DNA from: Octopus bimaculoides | Taxonomy: Eukaryota | Length of the DNA stretch: 64,000 nucleotides | Reading direction: 5' to 3' | NCBI RefSeq assembly: GCF_001194135.2 | Contig: NC_068999.1 | Coordinates: 36,161,256-36,225,255 of the forward strand | Shown here: positions 26,388 through 39,339 of the stretch, piece by piece | Layout: the number at the start of each line of letters is the position of its first letter | Numbering within the stretch: position 1 is the stretch's first letter | Notes under the pieces: generated by a model | Databases searched by the model: none | Told to the model about the DNA's origin: nothing | The model's input: the letters and a program-made list of their open reading frames with translations, nothing else | Program-made: the position numbers and the translations under genes

Positions 26388-26599
26388 GACACAAACAAGA
26401 ATTCCTTCCTGATATATTGGTGTAAAAATATGGAGGACAAGAAACGGAAACAGTGTATAACCTAATGATGTGAATGTCTTGTTATTATCTATCATCACTG
26501 TATATCAAAGAAATCTCATTTAAACGAGAAATCTGTTACTTCCGTCTGTTTCACCGTGAAAAATGAAAAGAACTGGGCAGATTCGTTTCTTTCTTTCTT

Positions 26600-27008
26600 T
26601 TATCTTTTAACTCGTTTCAGTCATTAGACTGCGGCCATGATGGGACACGGCCTTGAAGTAGTTTTAGTCGAATGAATCGAACCCAGTACTTATATTTTAA
26701 AGCCTGCTATTCATTCTGTCAAAATCTTTTTTTCTGAACCGCAATGTCACGGGGACATTAACAGACCAACACCGGTTGTCAAGCGGTGGTGAGGGACAAA
26801 CAATTACACAAACACACACACACGCGCGCGCGCGCGCGCGCACATATATATGCATATATACGATGGGCTTCTTTCAGTTTCCGTCAGCCAAATCGACTCA
26901 CAAGGCTTTGATCGGCCCGAGGCAAGAGGAGAAGACACTTTCCCAAGGCGCCACGCGGTGGGACTTAACCTGAAACCATGTGGTTGAGAAGCAAACTTCT
27001 TGCCACAT
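26600..27008 (-). mobile_element. SINE family D with internal (CA)n(CG)n(TA)n tract
   Basis: Tail 26600-26805, microsatellite about 26806-26860, head 26861-27008. Confidence 0.8.
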
Positions 27009-27179
27009 GCAGTAAGGACTGTGAAAACTAAAAATACAATTCGATGCTGCAACGCAATCAAAATATATGCAAAAGAAAATTCATGTCATTCACTGTTAAA
27101 ATTGTTGATTATAATCTCATGTATATTCAAAAAATAACAGAAGCGAACAAAGAGATTATTATATATAAGCATATATGAT

Positions 27180-27310
27180 AGCAAGTTTGCATAATCATTA
27201 GCACGCTGGACAAACGTGCTTGGCGGCACTTCGTCCGTCTTTATGCTTTCAGTTCGAATTACCACGAGGTCAGCTTTGCTTTCCATCCTTTCGACTAAAC
27301 CCCCTCCTTC
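27180..27310 (+). mobile_element. degenerate SINE family E
   Basis: 'ttagcacgctggacaaa..gcttggcggcacttcgtccgtc...gaggtcagctttgctttccatcctttcg'. Confidence 0.65.
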
Positions 27311-27993
27311 AATATTTCAGACCTTGTGCCTATAGTAGAAAGGATTATATATAAACATATACATATATACCTAGGTACACACGCGCGCACACGTACACAC
27401 ACACAAGGACACACATATATATGTATAAAAACGATATATAAAAAGAAGTATATGTGTGTGTGTATACGTACATGTATGTATTTATGTATGCATTTCAACG
27501 CATAAGACTGAAATAATACTGATATAAAACAGTTTGAACATCACACTAACATACAAAAAGGTTGAAAATTATAATACTAATTGGATATTATCTGTTAATT
27601 CATAATTAATTGTATCGTCGAGATGAGTTCTGATAAAAATTGAAACCAAGTATTGCATCGTGTTAGACAGTCGGAGACTACTCAGTCTATCGGGGATTTA
27701 TTCGCTGCGTAATAATTTGTAAGCCAAAGGCGGGTTTTTTTTATTTTTCGTGAAAGTTTAGGTGTGAAAAACATGATTAGTATAAAATCTTCGAACATGT
27801 CTCAACGGTGAGACAGTCTATTCTAATTTATGTTTAATTTCTTCTTACCGACATATANNNNNNNNNNNNNNNNNNNNNNNNNNNNNNNNNNNNNNNNNNN
27901 NNNNNNNNNNNNNNNNNNNNNNNNNNNNNNNNNNNNNNNNNNNNNNNNNNNNNNNNNNNNNNNNNNNNNNNNNNNNNNNNNNNNNNNNNNNNN

Positions 27994-28029
<36 letters not shown>

Positions 28030-28031
<2 letters not shown>

Positions 28032-28325
28032 TGGTTGCTGTCAAGTACCTATTACGCCAAAAGTACAGATGTAATACTTCTGAGACATGGATTCCCCCGA
28101 TGACAATGGCACACAAAGATAAGGAAACATTCCAAATCCTAGATACCGACAGCACTCCAAGGAAGAACGCGTTCATGCAAGGGACCGGAGAATCACATAT
28201 TCCTTCTGCAATATACTGTTCATAGCCTCACAAGCGAAAATACTATGGAAGTGACAGTGTTTCATTGCTGTAGATGCGCATGGCACCCGACTTCTGCAAT
28301 GACACTTCCACGATTTGTACTTCTA
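28030..28325 (+). pseudogene. possible piggyBac transposase C-terminal (cysteine-rich) relic
   Basis: Pieces across frames: 'TPRKNAFMQG..HIPSAI', 'TVFHCCRCAWHP', 'FCNDT' loosely resemble the PGBD-type tail. Several frameshifts are needed. Confidence 0.3.
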
Positions 28326-29801
28326 AGATATAATATCAGTTGTGCTTCACACAAACTATATTTACACATGAATTTTATTGTGACAAACATTTACATAACG
28401 CGAGTACCACTTGTAAATGATTGAAACTGTGAAACAAACAAGTAGAAGAAAATAAAGAAAAGCAAACCAGGAACAGCAGGTACGACAAACACCGAAAGAC
28501 GGGAAAAGCAGAGACGACGAACATCGAAATTTTTCAAGTACCAGTGTCGTCCTCTTTCGTGTATTTACATACTCATATATAAGCCATACATATACATACG
28601 CTATCAGATGGCCTTGTACTCTTTTGAGTTCGTCCGCCATTTGACAGATTTTGCTTCACCTACAAGGCACTCAAACTTCACTCTTCTTACCAAAGAAGCT
28701 TTATGGAGTTGCCTGTTTTGTCGCCGATGGTCCAACCATTCCTAGGATTATTGACTTACGTGGTTACGAGTAACAAGTCTATATAAATACGTATGAATTT
28801 GTGAGCGAGTGTAAGAGTATGCATCCACAAGCAGGCATTGATATAGATCTATACATCATTTTTGCTGTTTATTTTTTTCCACACAAAGATGTGAGGATAC
28901 TTACAATATTTTTACATAGGTCCAAATTGTAGTGTTGTTTGCGTTTATTGATCTGAATTTGTTATTACATATGTATAAAGGCTTGAGAATATGTCAGTGT
29001 ATGTTTCTTTGCATGGAAGTACATGTTTATGATCCATAGATTAAACTCTAAGCCCAGATCACGAATTTTTATCTACCTTCGTGCTTATGTTAATATTTTA
29101 CAAATGACAGAGATATAAAAATCTAACTACCCACCTAAGGCCCTCTAACTTCCAAAAGCAGGAATATTTCAGGCATCTATAAAGCCTCTGGATAAGAGCG
29201 AAAGGAATTACACAGGACTCAAGGCAAGCATTTTCAAAAGCCGTTACTGCCAGCACATAAACGCAGTTAGATGAAAGAAAAACGAAAATTATATATATCT
29301 GCCTCAATTATTCCGGAAAATCATGGAACCTAAATCACTCTGATAACATGAGTTATTGTTGGTAAATAAAATTCATATTCTAATGAAGATATTTCAAGCA
29401 TTATCTGAGAAATACTGGATATTAAATGAGGGTTAATACTTAAGTGGAGAACAGAGATACTGTCTAATTAACGTCATAGGAAGTAGTTCCTCTTGAGTAA
29501 CATTCAGATCCTTGAATGTCTAAAGTCTACAAACCCAAACCTATAGAGTTCAGATCTGACCAGCAATGCGAAGCAGTTCCCATTTACCGAGCCTATACCT
29601 AAACTGGATATACGTTCATCGGGATATACGTTCATCCAGCTTACTTTTAACCCGCAATGTATTTGATCAAGTAAACCACCTGTACCAACGGCAATTCATA
29701 TCCTTACTGAGTTGCAAACACAGCTTTGTGCTTCATATTTTGTTTGACCGGTGACAAATATTACGCACGTTCATATGAAATTACAAGTAACTATGTATAT
29801 A

Positions 29802-30184
29802 TTGTTGGCACTTCGTCGCTTACAACGACGACGGTTCCAGTTGATACGATCAACGGAACAGCCTGCTCGTGAAGTTAACGTGCAAGTGGCTGAGTACTCC
29901 ACAGACACGTGTGCCCTTAACGTAGTTCTCGGGGATATTCAGCGTGATACAGTGTGACAAGGTTGACCCATTGAATTACAGGCACAACAGAAACAGGATG
30001 TAAGAGCAAGAGAAAGTTGCGGTGAAAGAGTACAGCAGGGTTCGCCACCATCCCCTGCCGGAGCCTCGTGGAGCTTTAGGTGTTTTCGCTCAATAAACAC
30101 TCACAACGCCCGGTCTGGGAATCGAAACCGCGATCCTATGACCGCGTGTCCGCTGCCCTAACCACTGGACCATTGCGCCTCCAC
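29802..30184 (-). mobile_element. tRNA-derived SINE family A (full length)
   Basis: Reverse complement of 1681-2065. Confidence 0.88.
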
Positions 30185-31231
30185 TATGTATATATACACA
30201 TATACATACATGCACTCACACACGCACACACACACACACACATACACAAACAAACACATATACACACACATACGTACATATATATATATATGTATATANN
30301 NNNNNNNNNNNNNNNNNNNNNNNNNNNNNNNNNNNNNNNNNNNNNNNNNNNNNNNNNNNNNNNNNNNNNNNNNNNNNNNNNNNNNNNNNNNNNNNNNNNN
30401 NNNNNNNNNNNNNNNNNNNNNNNNNNNNNNNNNNNNNNNNNNNNNTATATATACATAATTATACAGTTTTCTAAAGCACTACGAAATCTAGAAAATTATG
30501 TGCACTTAAGTTTAATAGAGAAAATAACTAAAATTATAGAGCCATTGATTCTCTTGAGCCCAGTCTCACTCTCTCTCTCTCTCTCTCTCTCACTCCCTCT
30601 CTCTCTTTCTCTTTCTCTTTCTCTTTCTCTTTCTCTCGCTCCCTCTCTCTCTCTCTCTTATACGTTTATGTGTGTCTATTTGCGCGTATAAAAATGTATG
30701 TAATTACATACAAGTACACAGGCACATATATAAACATTCACGCACACATAGGTAACTGAAGATGTGTGCAAATACACAAGTGTGGGCATTGCACGTTATG
30801 CATTCAATGCACAGAGATAAGTATGCATTTGTGTATTTTCGTTTGTGAATATATAATTATGCCGGAGTGTATGTAAATGGGACACTGTCAATTAGTACAA
30901 ATATGTAAACACAGCCTTAGAGTGCATCAGTTGTAATACTAATGTTTGTTTTCACCTTCTATCTTATTCTCTTGGTTATTTGCTTTTTTTTTTTTTTGCA
31001 TTTTTAGTTTTTTTTTCTGTCTTTTAAACATTGTTTCAAATGAGTTGTAATTGTGACAGAAGCTCGGAGTAAAAATCGATATAAATATACACACTTGTCC
31101 ACCGATAAATACATTGATACACACGCGCACACACACTCACACACAAACACACGCACACACACACACACACACACACACTCACGCACACACATGGACATAC
31201 ACATATTGATATATATACGAACGCGCATGTA

Positions 31232-31275
<44 letters not shown>

Positions 31276-32447
31276 AATATGAGTATGTGTATTCGTGTGT
31301 ATAGATAGATAGATAGATAGAGAGATAGATAGATAGATAAATGGATGCATATTTATATGCATAAATNNNNNNNNNNNNNNNNNNNNNNNNNNNNNNNNNN
31401 NNNNNNNNNNNNNNNNNNNNNNNNNNNNNNNNNNNNNNNNNNNNNNNNNNNNNNNNNNNNNNNNNNNNNNNNNNNNNNNNNNNNNNNNNNNNNNNNNNNN
31501 NNNNNNNNNNNNNNNNNNNNNNNNNNNNNNNNNNNNNNNNNNNNNNNNNNNNNNNNNNNNNNNNNNNNNNNNNNNNNNNNNNNNNNNNNNNNNNNNNNNN
31601 NNNNNNNNNNNNNNNNNNNNNNNNNNNNNNNNNNNNNNNNNNNNNNNNNNNNNNNNNNNNNNNNNNNNNNNNNNNNNNNNNNNNNNNNNNNNNNNNNNNN
31701 NNNNNNNNNNNNNNNNNNNNNNNNNNNNNNNNNNNNNNNNNNNNNNNNNNNNNNNNNNNNNNNNNNNNNNNNNNNNNNNNNNNNNNNNNNNNNNNNNNNN
31801 NNNNNNNNNNNNNNNNNNNNNNNNNNNNNNNNNNNNNNNNNNNNNNNNNNNNNNNNNNNNNNNNNNNNNNNNNNNNNNNNNNNNNNNNNNNNNNNNNNNN
31901 NNNNTATATATCATATCATATCATATGTGCAATATACAGAGATGTATGATATAAAGAGAGAGAGAGGAAGACAAGGCGGAAGAGGCAGAGATAATAGAAT
32001 AATAGTATAGTGTTGAGAAGTGCTAGGATTTTGGAATGTCACACCGAGATGGAGAGAGAGAGATAGAGAGAGGAAGAGAAACAGAGAGCATGTTTGAGAG
32101 AGAGAGAGAAGGTATGGAGAAAGGGGGAGCACAAAGAGAATTTTTTGTGAACGTGTGTGGATGTGTGAATTTCTGTGTTTTTGTGTGTGTGGATGTTATG
32201 TACGTTTTACAGTGAACAGAATATGAAAATCGTGGTGATATAGAGAAAAGAAGAGATTGAGAGAGAGAGAGAGAGAGAAAGAAAGCGAAACGGACAAAGA
32301 GAGAGGAAAAAGAGAGAGGAAGAAAAGGAGAGAGAGATACAGACAGAGAGACACACGGAAAGAGCAGAAATGTGTGCATTTTTAGCGTATGTCTGCATAT
32401 GTTTATTTATATGAGTGTATTTAGGGTTATTGCATGTGTATTTGGGA

Positions 32448-32488
<41 letters not shown>

Positions 32489-33843
32489 TGTATGCTTTTT
32501 TAGTGTGTGTCTGTTAGTTTAATATATGTATGCCTGTGTGTTTCTCTCATTTCGCGCGTGCGTCTGTCTGTATGTGTGTGTGTGTNNNNNNNNNNGTGCG
32601 TGCGTGCGTGTGCGTGTGTGCGCGTGTGCGTGTGTGTGTGTGTATGTGTGCGTGCCTATGTGCTTATGCTTGCGTGCGCGTGTGTGTGCTTGTGTGTATG
32701 TGTGAATGCGTGCGTGCGTGCATGCGCGTGTGTGTGTGTGCGTGTGTGTGTGGATGGGTGGGTGTGATGTATGTGGGAGTGTAATGATGGATGTCATCAT
32801 TTTCAATTTTCTCGTTTTCTGTTTCTACAATTTGTTGGGAGGTCCATAATGCAAAAGATGTTCTAATGAAGATAAAGATAGGAAGAGAAATAATATGACA
32901 GACAGCAAACGCGGAGAACCTCGAAGGAATGCAAATTGATTCGGGCGATCGCGTTACGTTAATGTCTTTCTCAACTGCATTAGCTCTACCAGCGTCAGGG
33001 AATAAACTTCAGTCAGAAATCGAAACAAGGTTTCTGATATAACGAATGCTACCCATGACACAAGCAGGTCTGCAGATAATCAAGATGGTTATTTTTTAAA
33101 TTGGTTCATGGCATAACTGCTGTAATGATTAAAACAATAAATATTTATCAGTCTTTGAACTAAGGCTGCTGTTTCCAATTAGCTTTGCCATGTACATATC
33201 CCAACACAAACTGGACTATTGAAATTTGATGGAAGACACGTGGGAAGGAGAGTCGCTGATGAGGTCACAGAAAATGCGAGAAAGTATCTCAAACAAATCA
33301 CACTAACATAAGAATAATAATAACGCTGAAGTGAAGAACAAGCACATGTTACGTGTAGTTTATTGGCACAAAATATGACCATCTCCAGATATAACAATAT
33401 CTATTTCAATACACAAATTCACATCAAGAATCTCACAAAACAAATACATAAACAGAATTTCATTGATTTACTGGAGCCAGAAATTAACAAGTTCAGCTCA
33501 ATTTGATCTCAGAATACGTAGAGATATTATGAGATTAATACCAATTGATTCTTCACTTACTTCCAAGCTGTACATTTTCGACTCAGTCTTTTACTTCTCT
33601 CGGTCATTAACCTGCAGCTATGTTGGGTTATCGCATTGAAAAGTTTAGTCGATCGAGTCGTTCCTGTATTTATTAGCTTTTAAACTCTGGTGTCATTTTA
33701 CCAGTCTCTTTTACAGAACCACTAACTTACAGCGACGTAAACAAACTATGGAGAGGTTTCAAGAGGTGGATTAAAAACAAACACAAAGAGAAGGACACCC
33801 GCGCGCACAGTCATGCACATACGCGTACACATACATACATACA

Positions 33844-33889
<46 letters not shown>

Positions 33890-34117
33890 NNNNNNNNNNN
33901 NNNNNNNNNNNNNNNNNNNNNNNNNNNNNNNNNNNNNNNNNNNNNNNNNNNNNNNNNNNNNNNNNNNNNNNNNNNNNNNNNNNNNNNNNNNNNNNNNNNN
34001 NNNNNNNNNNNNNNNNNNNNNNNNNNNNNNNNNNNNNNNNNNNNNNNNNNNNNNNNNNNNNNNNNNNNNNNNNNNNNNNNNNNNNNNNNNNNNNNNNNNN
34101 NNNNNNNNNNNNNNNNN

Positions 34118-34534
34118 CGAGCTACAGAATATTAAACTGAACTATGATATAACCAGCATTGCTTGTGTTATTGTCTCTACATCACCTTTCATCGATAGGC
34201 TGTCTCCTGAGTTAATTACACATCGCTTCTGGCCCTTACAAGCAATCGTACCAGCTCTGCGTTCTTAACCTCACATCCATGTTCGCGCCTATATAACAAT
34301 AATATTAATTTCTTTGTCACATGATAAAAATGCAATGCATATGAATATTCATTGGGCCATGAAGACTGAGGGAAGAAGCTTTCATAAGAACGCAGAGCTG
34401 GTACGATTGCTTGTAAGGGCCAGAAGCGATGTGTAATTAACTCAGGAGACACACTATCGATGAAAGGTGATGTAGAGACAATAACACAAGCATTGCTGGT
34501 TATATCACAGCTCAGTTTAATATTCTGTAGCTCG
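34118..34534. repeat. inverted repeat: 150-bp arms (34118-34267, 34385-34534) and 117-bp spacer
   Basis: Manual alignment gives 5 mismatches in 150 bp and no indels; the left arm abuts an assembly gap. Confidence 0.92.
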
Positions 34535-35898
34535 GTTTTAATGTGTGTATATATGTATATATATAAGCGATACGTATGCTGCTTAAGTCTGATTTTGAAC
34601 GTATTTTCCGTGAGCCGAACTAGTTCCCTACGATGTCTTCTATAGGTATTATTTTCCCCCCTATTATGATGTTTACACACCTTACTCCACATACACAATA
34701 TTTGCATAGTAACTTATAAGCCAACGGGGAATCATCTAGAGACTGTTGTTCGACATGCTAGCATGTTCCCCAAATCTTCAAATCACAACATTCCGTAATA
34801 ATATATGAGGAACACATTGGATAATATACTACACTATTTCTGAGAGCTAAAACGGAATGCTCATGGCTTCAACGCAGACACATACCCCCACCCCCACACN
34901 NNNNNNNNNCATAAACACACACAATTACATGTGCATAATCACACAACGCACACACACGCACGTAAATACTTATATTTATATATATGTATGATTGGCGCAT
35001 ATACGTTGACATAGCGAATTAAATAGCTACTTGGTGTTTATAACAATGGAGAGGTTAGAGCTAAATTTAATTCATCCATACCTTAAGGTGAATTATGATT
35101 ATTAATTAGGTTAACAGTTATTTCCCACCGCATTGTGAGAAAGTGCATCTATATACATGTAAGCATCATGAGAGTATTTCAGAAATTCTATTAATGATCT
35201 CATTAGTCCACAGAATAGATAGGAATTCCTCGGAGCAGATTAGGCATCTCCTACAAATGATATTATATGGTTTTCGTGCCTTACTATGGACCAAGTTATG
35301 TTATACTTTATTTTATCTTCTTTAAGTCACCACATCGGCCAAAGATGTTGAATGTCTCTCGTTAACTTTCTTCAAGCTGGCAACAAGGTTGCGATGACGA
35401 TTCTTGAATGCCGTTGACCAAATGTAAATATAGGGCCTTCTCCTTGTGTCTACAGTACATTTATATACAAGATTTGTACTCATACATAGATTCATCAATG
35501 GACATTTTGATCTTTCTCTGCGGAGCATTTATTATATCTAGTCGTGTGTAGGGCAGTTCTGACTTCATTTTCGGACTTTGTTAACGTGTTAGCTATATTA
35601 CTATTATTGCTACTATCAGGATGTGGCCGTATCGGGTGTTTTTCATTAAGGTTTACATCCCCTTTCTTGGTATTTTTTCTATTCCTGCCATTTTAAATCA
35701 ATTTAATCAATCTTGCTTTCTGATGTGCAAATAAATAGAGTATTCATAGAGTATTTCCTGTTAAATTACCTTCCATCTCGTGTATTGTATTTGGGTAAAA
35801 CATCTTACAACTAATACTCTTATATTAGTTTTACATATATTTATATATAATACATACAGAAAGATGGGAAGACAGAGACAGACAGACGGACAGACATG

Positions 35899-35944
<46 letters not shown>

Positions 35945-36537
35945 TCGAACCTGCTACAAATTTTGTTAACGGAGCCAATTAACAGTCATTTTTCCTTCAC
36001 TCAACGTTTCTATACAAATTTACCTGTCCGATAGAATTATTTAAGTATATTTTATTATTATTTTATTCCAACGTCAGTGACCTCATAATTCCTCCAGGCT
36101 TTGAATAAGATCGTTCTGAATCTCTCATGTCAAACCATTCTCTTCTGCTTAACACAATCTACAGATGGATTCAAACCTTTTTCTATTCCTGCCATTTTAA
36201 GTGAACTTAATCTATGTTGCTTTCTGATGTGCAGATAAATAGAGTATTCATTAAATATTTCTAGTCAAACTACATTCTATTTCGTGTATTCTACTCGGGC
36301 GAAACTTTTAACAACTTTTACTCTTTCACTAGTTTTACTGATTGTACTGCAGTTAAACTGGGGCCATGCTAGAGCAAGGATCTTCAATGATTTTAGTCGA
36401 TATTATCGATCCAAGTATTAAGTCTATGGATCGCTGTTTATAGAATCGGCAAGTTACATTTCTAATGGGAAGGGACGCAACTCCTCTATCGGTAAGAATA
36501 AACGCATAAACGCAGGCACGAACTCGGGCATAAATAC

Positions 36538-36660
<123 letters not shown>

Positions 36661-36689
36661 CGCGGGTGACGCCTGGAAAATACGACGAC

Positions 36690-36952
36690 AAGTTTGTCCT
36701 TTCGCGCAAAGATGTACCAACAGTGGTGTCACCTTCTAAGTGTAGAACAGGATTGCAAGGGCACAAAGAGAACTCGAAATACGCATGTCCAGAGCTATCT
36801 CCTTGCCATCGATCCCAACAGACCAATAGTGTCTGAGCTGCGGCAGAGCCTTCCGAGCACGCATCGGACTGATTGGAGACAGTTGGACACACCATGCCCC
36901 GTCTTGTTTGATGTGATGTCCTTGGTCATCATCCACAACGACGGAAGAACTA
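36690..36952 (+). mobile_element. 3' end of an RTE-clade LINE
   Basis: One frame reads CLSCGRAFRARIGLIGDSWTH, matching the RTE/BovB-type C-terminal zinc-finger-like motif, followed by a 'ggtcatcatccacaacgacggaagaac' tail and a short TAA repeat. Confidence 0.7.
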
Positions 36953-36962
36953 ATAATAGTTA

Positions 36963-37007
36963 AACCTCTGATGAGAACCCAATAAGGTTCCAAAATCGAT
37001 TAAGGTT
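36963..37007 (+). ncRNA. minimal type I hammerhead ribozyme fold with a G12C core substitution
   Basis: Stem I AACCT/AGGTT; core CTGATGA; stem II GAACC/GGTTC with loop CAATAA; CAAA instead of GAAA; stem III A-TCGA-T with palindromic loop; cleavage triplet UUA. Confidence 0.7.
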
Positions 37008-37798
37008 GTTTGTCATTTTCTTCAGTCTGCGGAGAACTGGCTAAAATTTGCCCTATTTATAATTGTACCATATGTTGCATATAAATAATGTATATATATC
37101 CCCATTTAAACGTGCATTTTCTGTTACAAAAAACTATACTGCAGTAGATACTATGAGAGAAACTTGCATATTGGCTTTGTGGGGAAAATGCACTCTCGTT
37201 TATTTCGAAGTGTAGTCTCTTCTAACAGAACATCCCACATTTAAGTGGTAATAAATATTACGTCTCAGTATTAATACTCTCTCTGTCGCTAATATATATA
37301 TAAGTATATATATATATGTATATATATATATATCCATTAACATATACATACATACATACATATACACGTGCGTGTGTGTGTGTGTTCGTATTTTGTATGC
37401 ACACACACACACATGTATATATTTATGTAAATATAGAGGGAGGGAATGAAAGAGAATACGAAGAAAAAGGAGGAAAGAGAGAAAAGGTCATTCACTATTA
37501 AGATTACTCCATGTAGAATTTTACATGGTTTAAAAGAAGCTAAATTTTATTACATAGAAAGATGACGTTGAGAGGGGAACGAGACGCCAAGATAGTAGAA
37601 ACATATGCATACTTTGAATGTGCCAATGTAAAACATAAAGAATATATTATGAAATGCATTCTTCTAATGTAAAAGACTTCATTCCGTTGTGATTTTGGAA
37701 ATAAACAACTTGTAGCATAAAATTGATTTTGAAACAGAAACACACGCAACCAAATACATTCAAACATATATACATGCATACATACATAACTGTCCAGT

Positions 37799-37856
<58 letters not shown>

Positions 37857-38167
37857 NNNNNNNNNNNNNNNNNNNNNNNNNNNNNNNNNNNNNNNNNNNN
37901 NNNNNNNNNNNNNNNNNNNNNNNNNNNNNNNNNNNNNNNNNNNNNNNNNNNNNNNNNNNNNNNNNNNNNNNNNNNNNNNNNNNNNNNNNNNNNNNNNNNN
38001 NNNNNNNNNNNNNNNNNNNNNNNNNNNNNNNNNNNNNNNNNNNNNNNNNNNNNNNNNNNNNNNNNNNNNNNNNNNNNNNNNNNNNNNNNNNNNNNNNNNN
38101 NNNNNNNNNNNNNNNNNNNNNNNNNNNNNNNNNNNNNNNNNNNNNNNNNNNNNNNNNNNNNNNNNNN

Positions 38168-38203
<36 letters not shown>

Positions 38204-38304
38204 CATTACTTATAAAAGAAAATCAATGTATGGCCTCGCTCGTACTAGACCATAAATTAAAGTATGTGAGATTAAACATGGAATGATATTGACTGAGAAA
38301 AAAC

Positions 38305-38880
38305 GTTTTACTTAATCGTCCGATGTCTGTTCTAGTCGGGCAAAGAAGCCGAAAATTAGGATTGTCTCTAAAATTATCTCAATTTTCTTATAGGTTAATT
38401 CGCAGTTCAGAAGGCCTTAGCGTCTCAGTTCGGTCCTCAAGTTTCAATCCTTGAATAATTTTGAAAGCATCAGAATTTATTTTATGCAATATAGATTTAG
38501 GAGTAATCTTAGAGATTTTATAAGTTCGCTAAGTATGAGTTTTATGTTCGTAGCCTAATCCATCCTATATAGGTTTCCAGTCTTATCGGCTGGGACTAGA
38601 ATCCCAGATTTGCGTCGGAATTTAATAATAAACGAATTAATTGTACGCAGGTGTGTATTATTCCGTAACTTTAAATTCTCCATTAAGCTAAATATATCTC
38701 CACTGAAGTCATCTAACAAAGTGATTGGAGGTGGACATATTCTGCTTCTAAATATTCGTTTAAGCTAGTTTTCATCATATTTGTCCGAGCGTGTACTCCG
38801 CTGTTTTGTATTATGATGGTAGGCTTTCTATCTCAACCGTCTAATGAATTCGTTTGTTCTGTGCATTAACAGCACATACA
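38305..38880 (-). mobile_element. Penelope-like element (PLE) RT N-terminal fragment, degenerate
   Basis: Minus-strand translation 'FIRRLR*KAY...CPPPI..DFSGDIFSLMENLKLR...LVPADKTGNLYRM...KINSDAFKII..LKLEDR..NFRDNPNFRLLCPTRTDIGRLSK' follows the conserved PLE motifs (ADKT.N.Y; NP..RL..P..S.IG..SK). Confidence 0.8.
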
Positions 38881-39070
38881 CAGATCTTTACGGAGAATAA
38901 TTTCCTTTCACTAAGTTTATCCATTGTGTAAAATTACCAAAATACTGGAAGCGTCGGAGAAGAAAATGCATTCCCTATTAATATTATTGATTATTTGTAG
39001 CATTCATTTGAATCAAGGTGTTTTAATATTCAGGACATCAAGTGAGGGTCGAGATCCTATATACACACAT

Positions 39071-39142
<72 letters not shown>

Positions 39143-39339
39143 TAAATATAAACAAACCAAGCTAACATTTGTTTTTAAAGCCGTAGGACTCGAACCCACA
39201 TCCCTTGAAGTGCCTTACCATTAAGCTAAACTGCCCGTTGACAAATTAATCCGCAATTTTAGACGCTATAAAGCTAAATGCACAACTACGTATATATAAA
39301 TACAAACAAATTAACATTTGTTTTTCAGAAGCGTCGAAA

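Noticed and set aside
32830-33110. Higher-complexity segment with an ATGCAAAT octamer and an open minus-strand frame
   Set aside because: Single motif, no start codon or convincing splice pair, and no recognisable protein similarity.
33247-33285. Other CTGATGA motifs (also near 1000, 2694, 7548, 25920 on the minus strand, 52993)
   Set aside because: No properly spaced stem II, GAAA and NUH with a pairing stem I.
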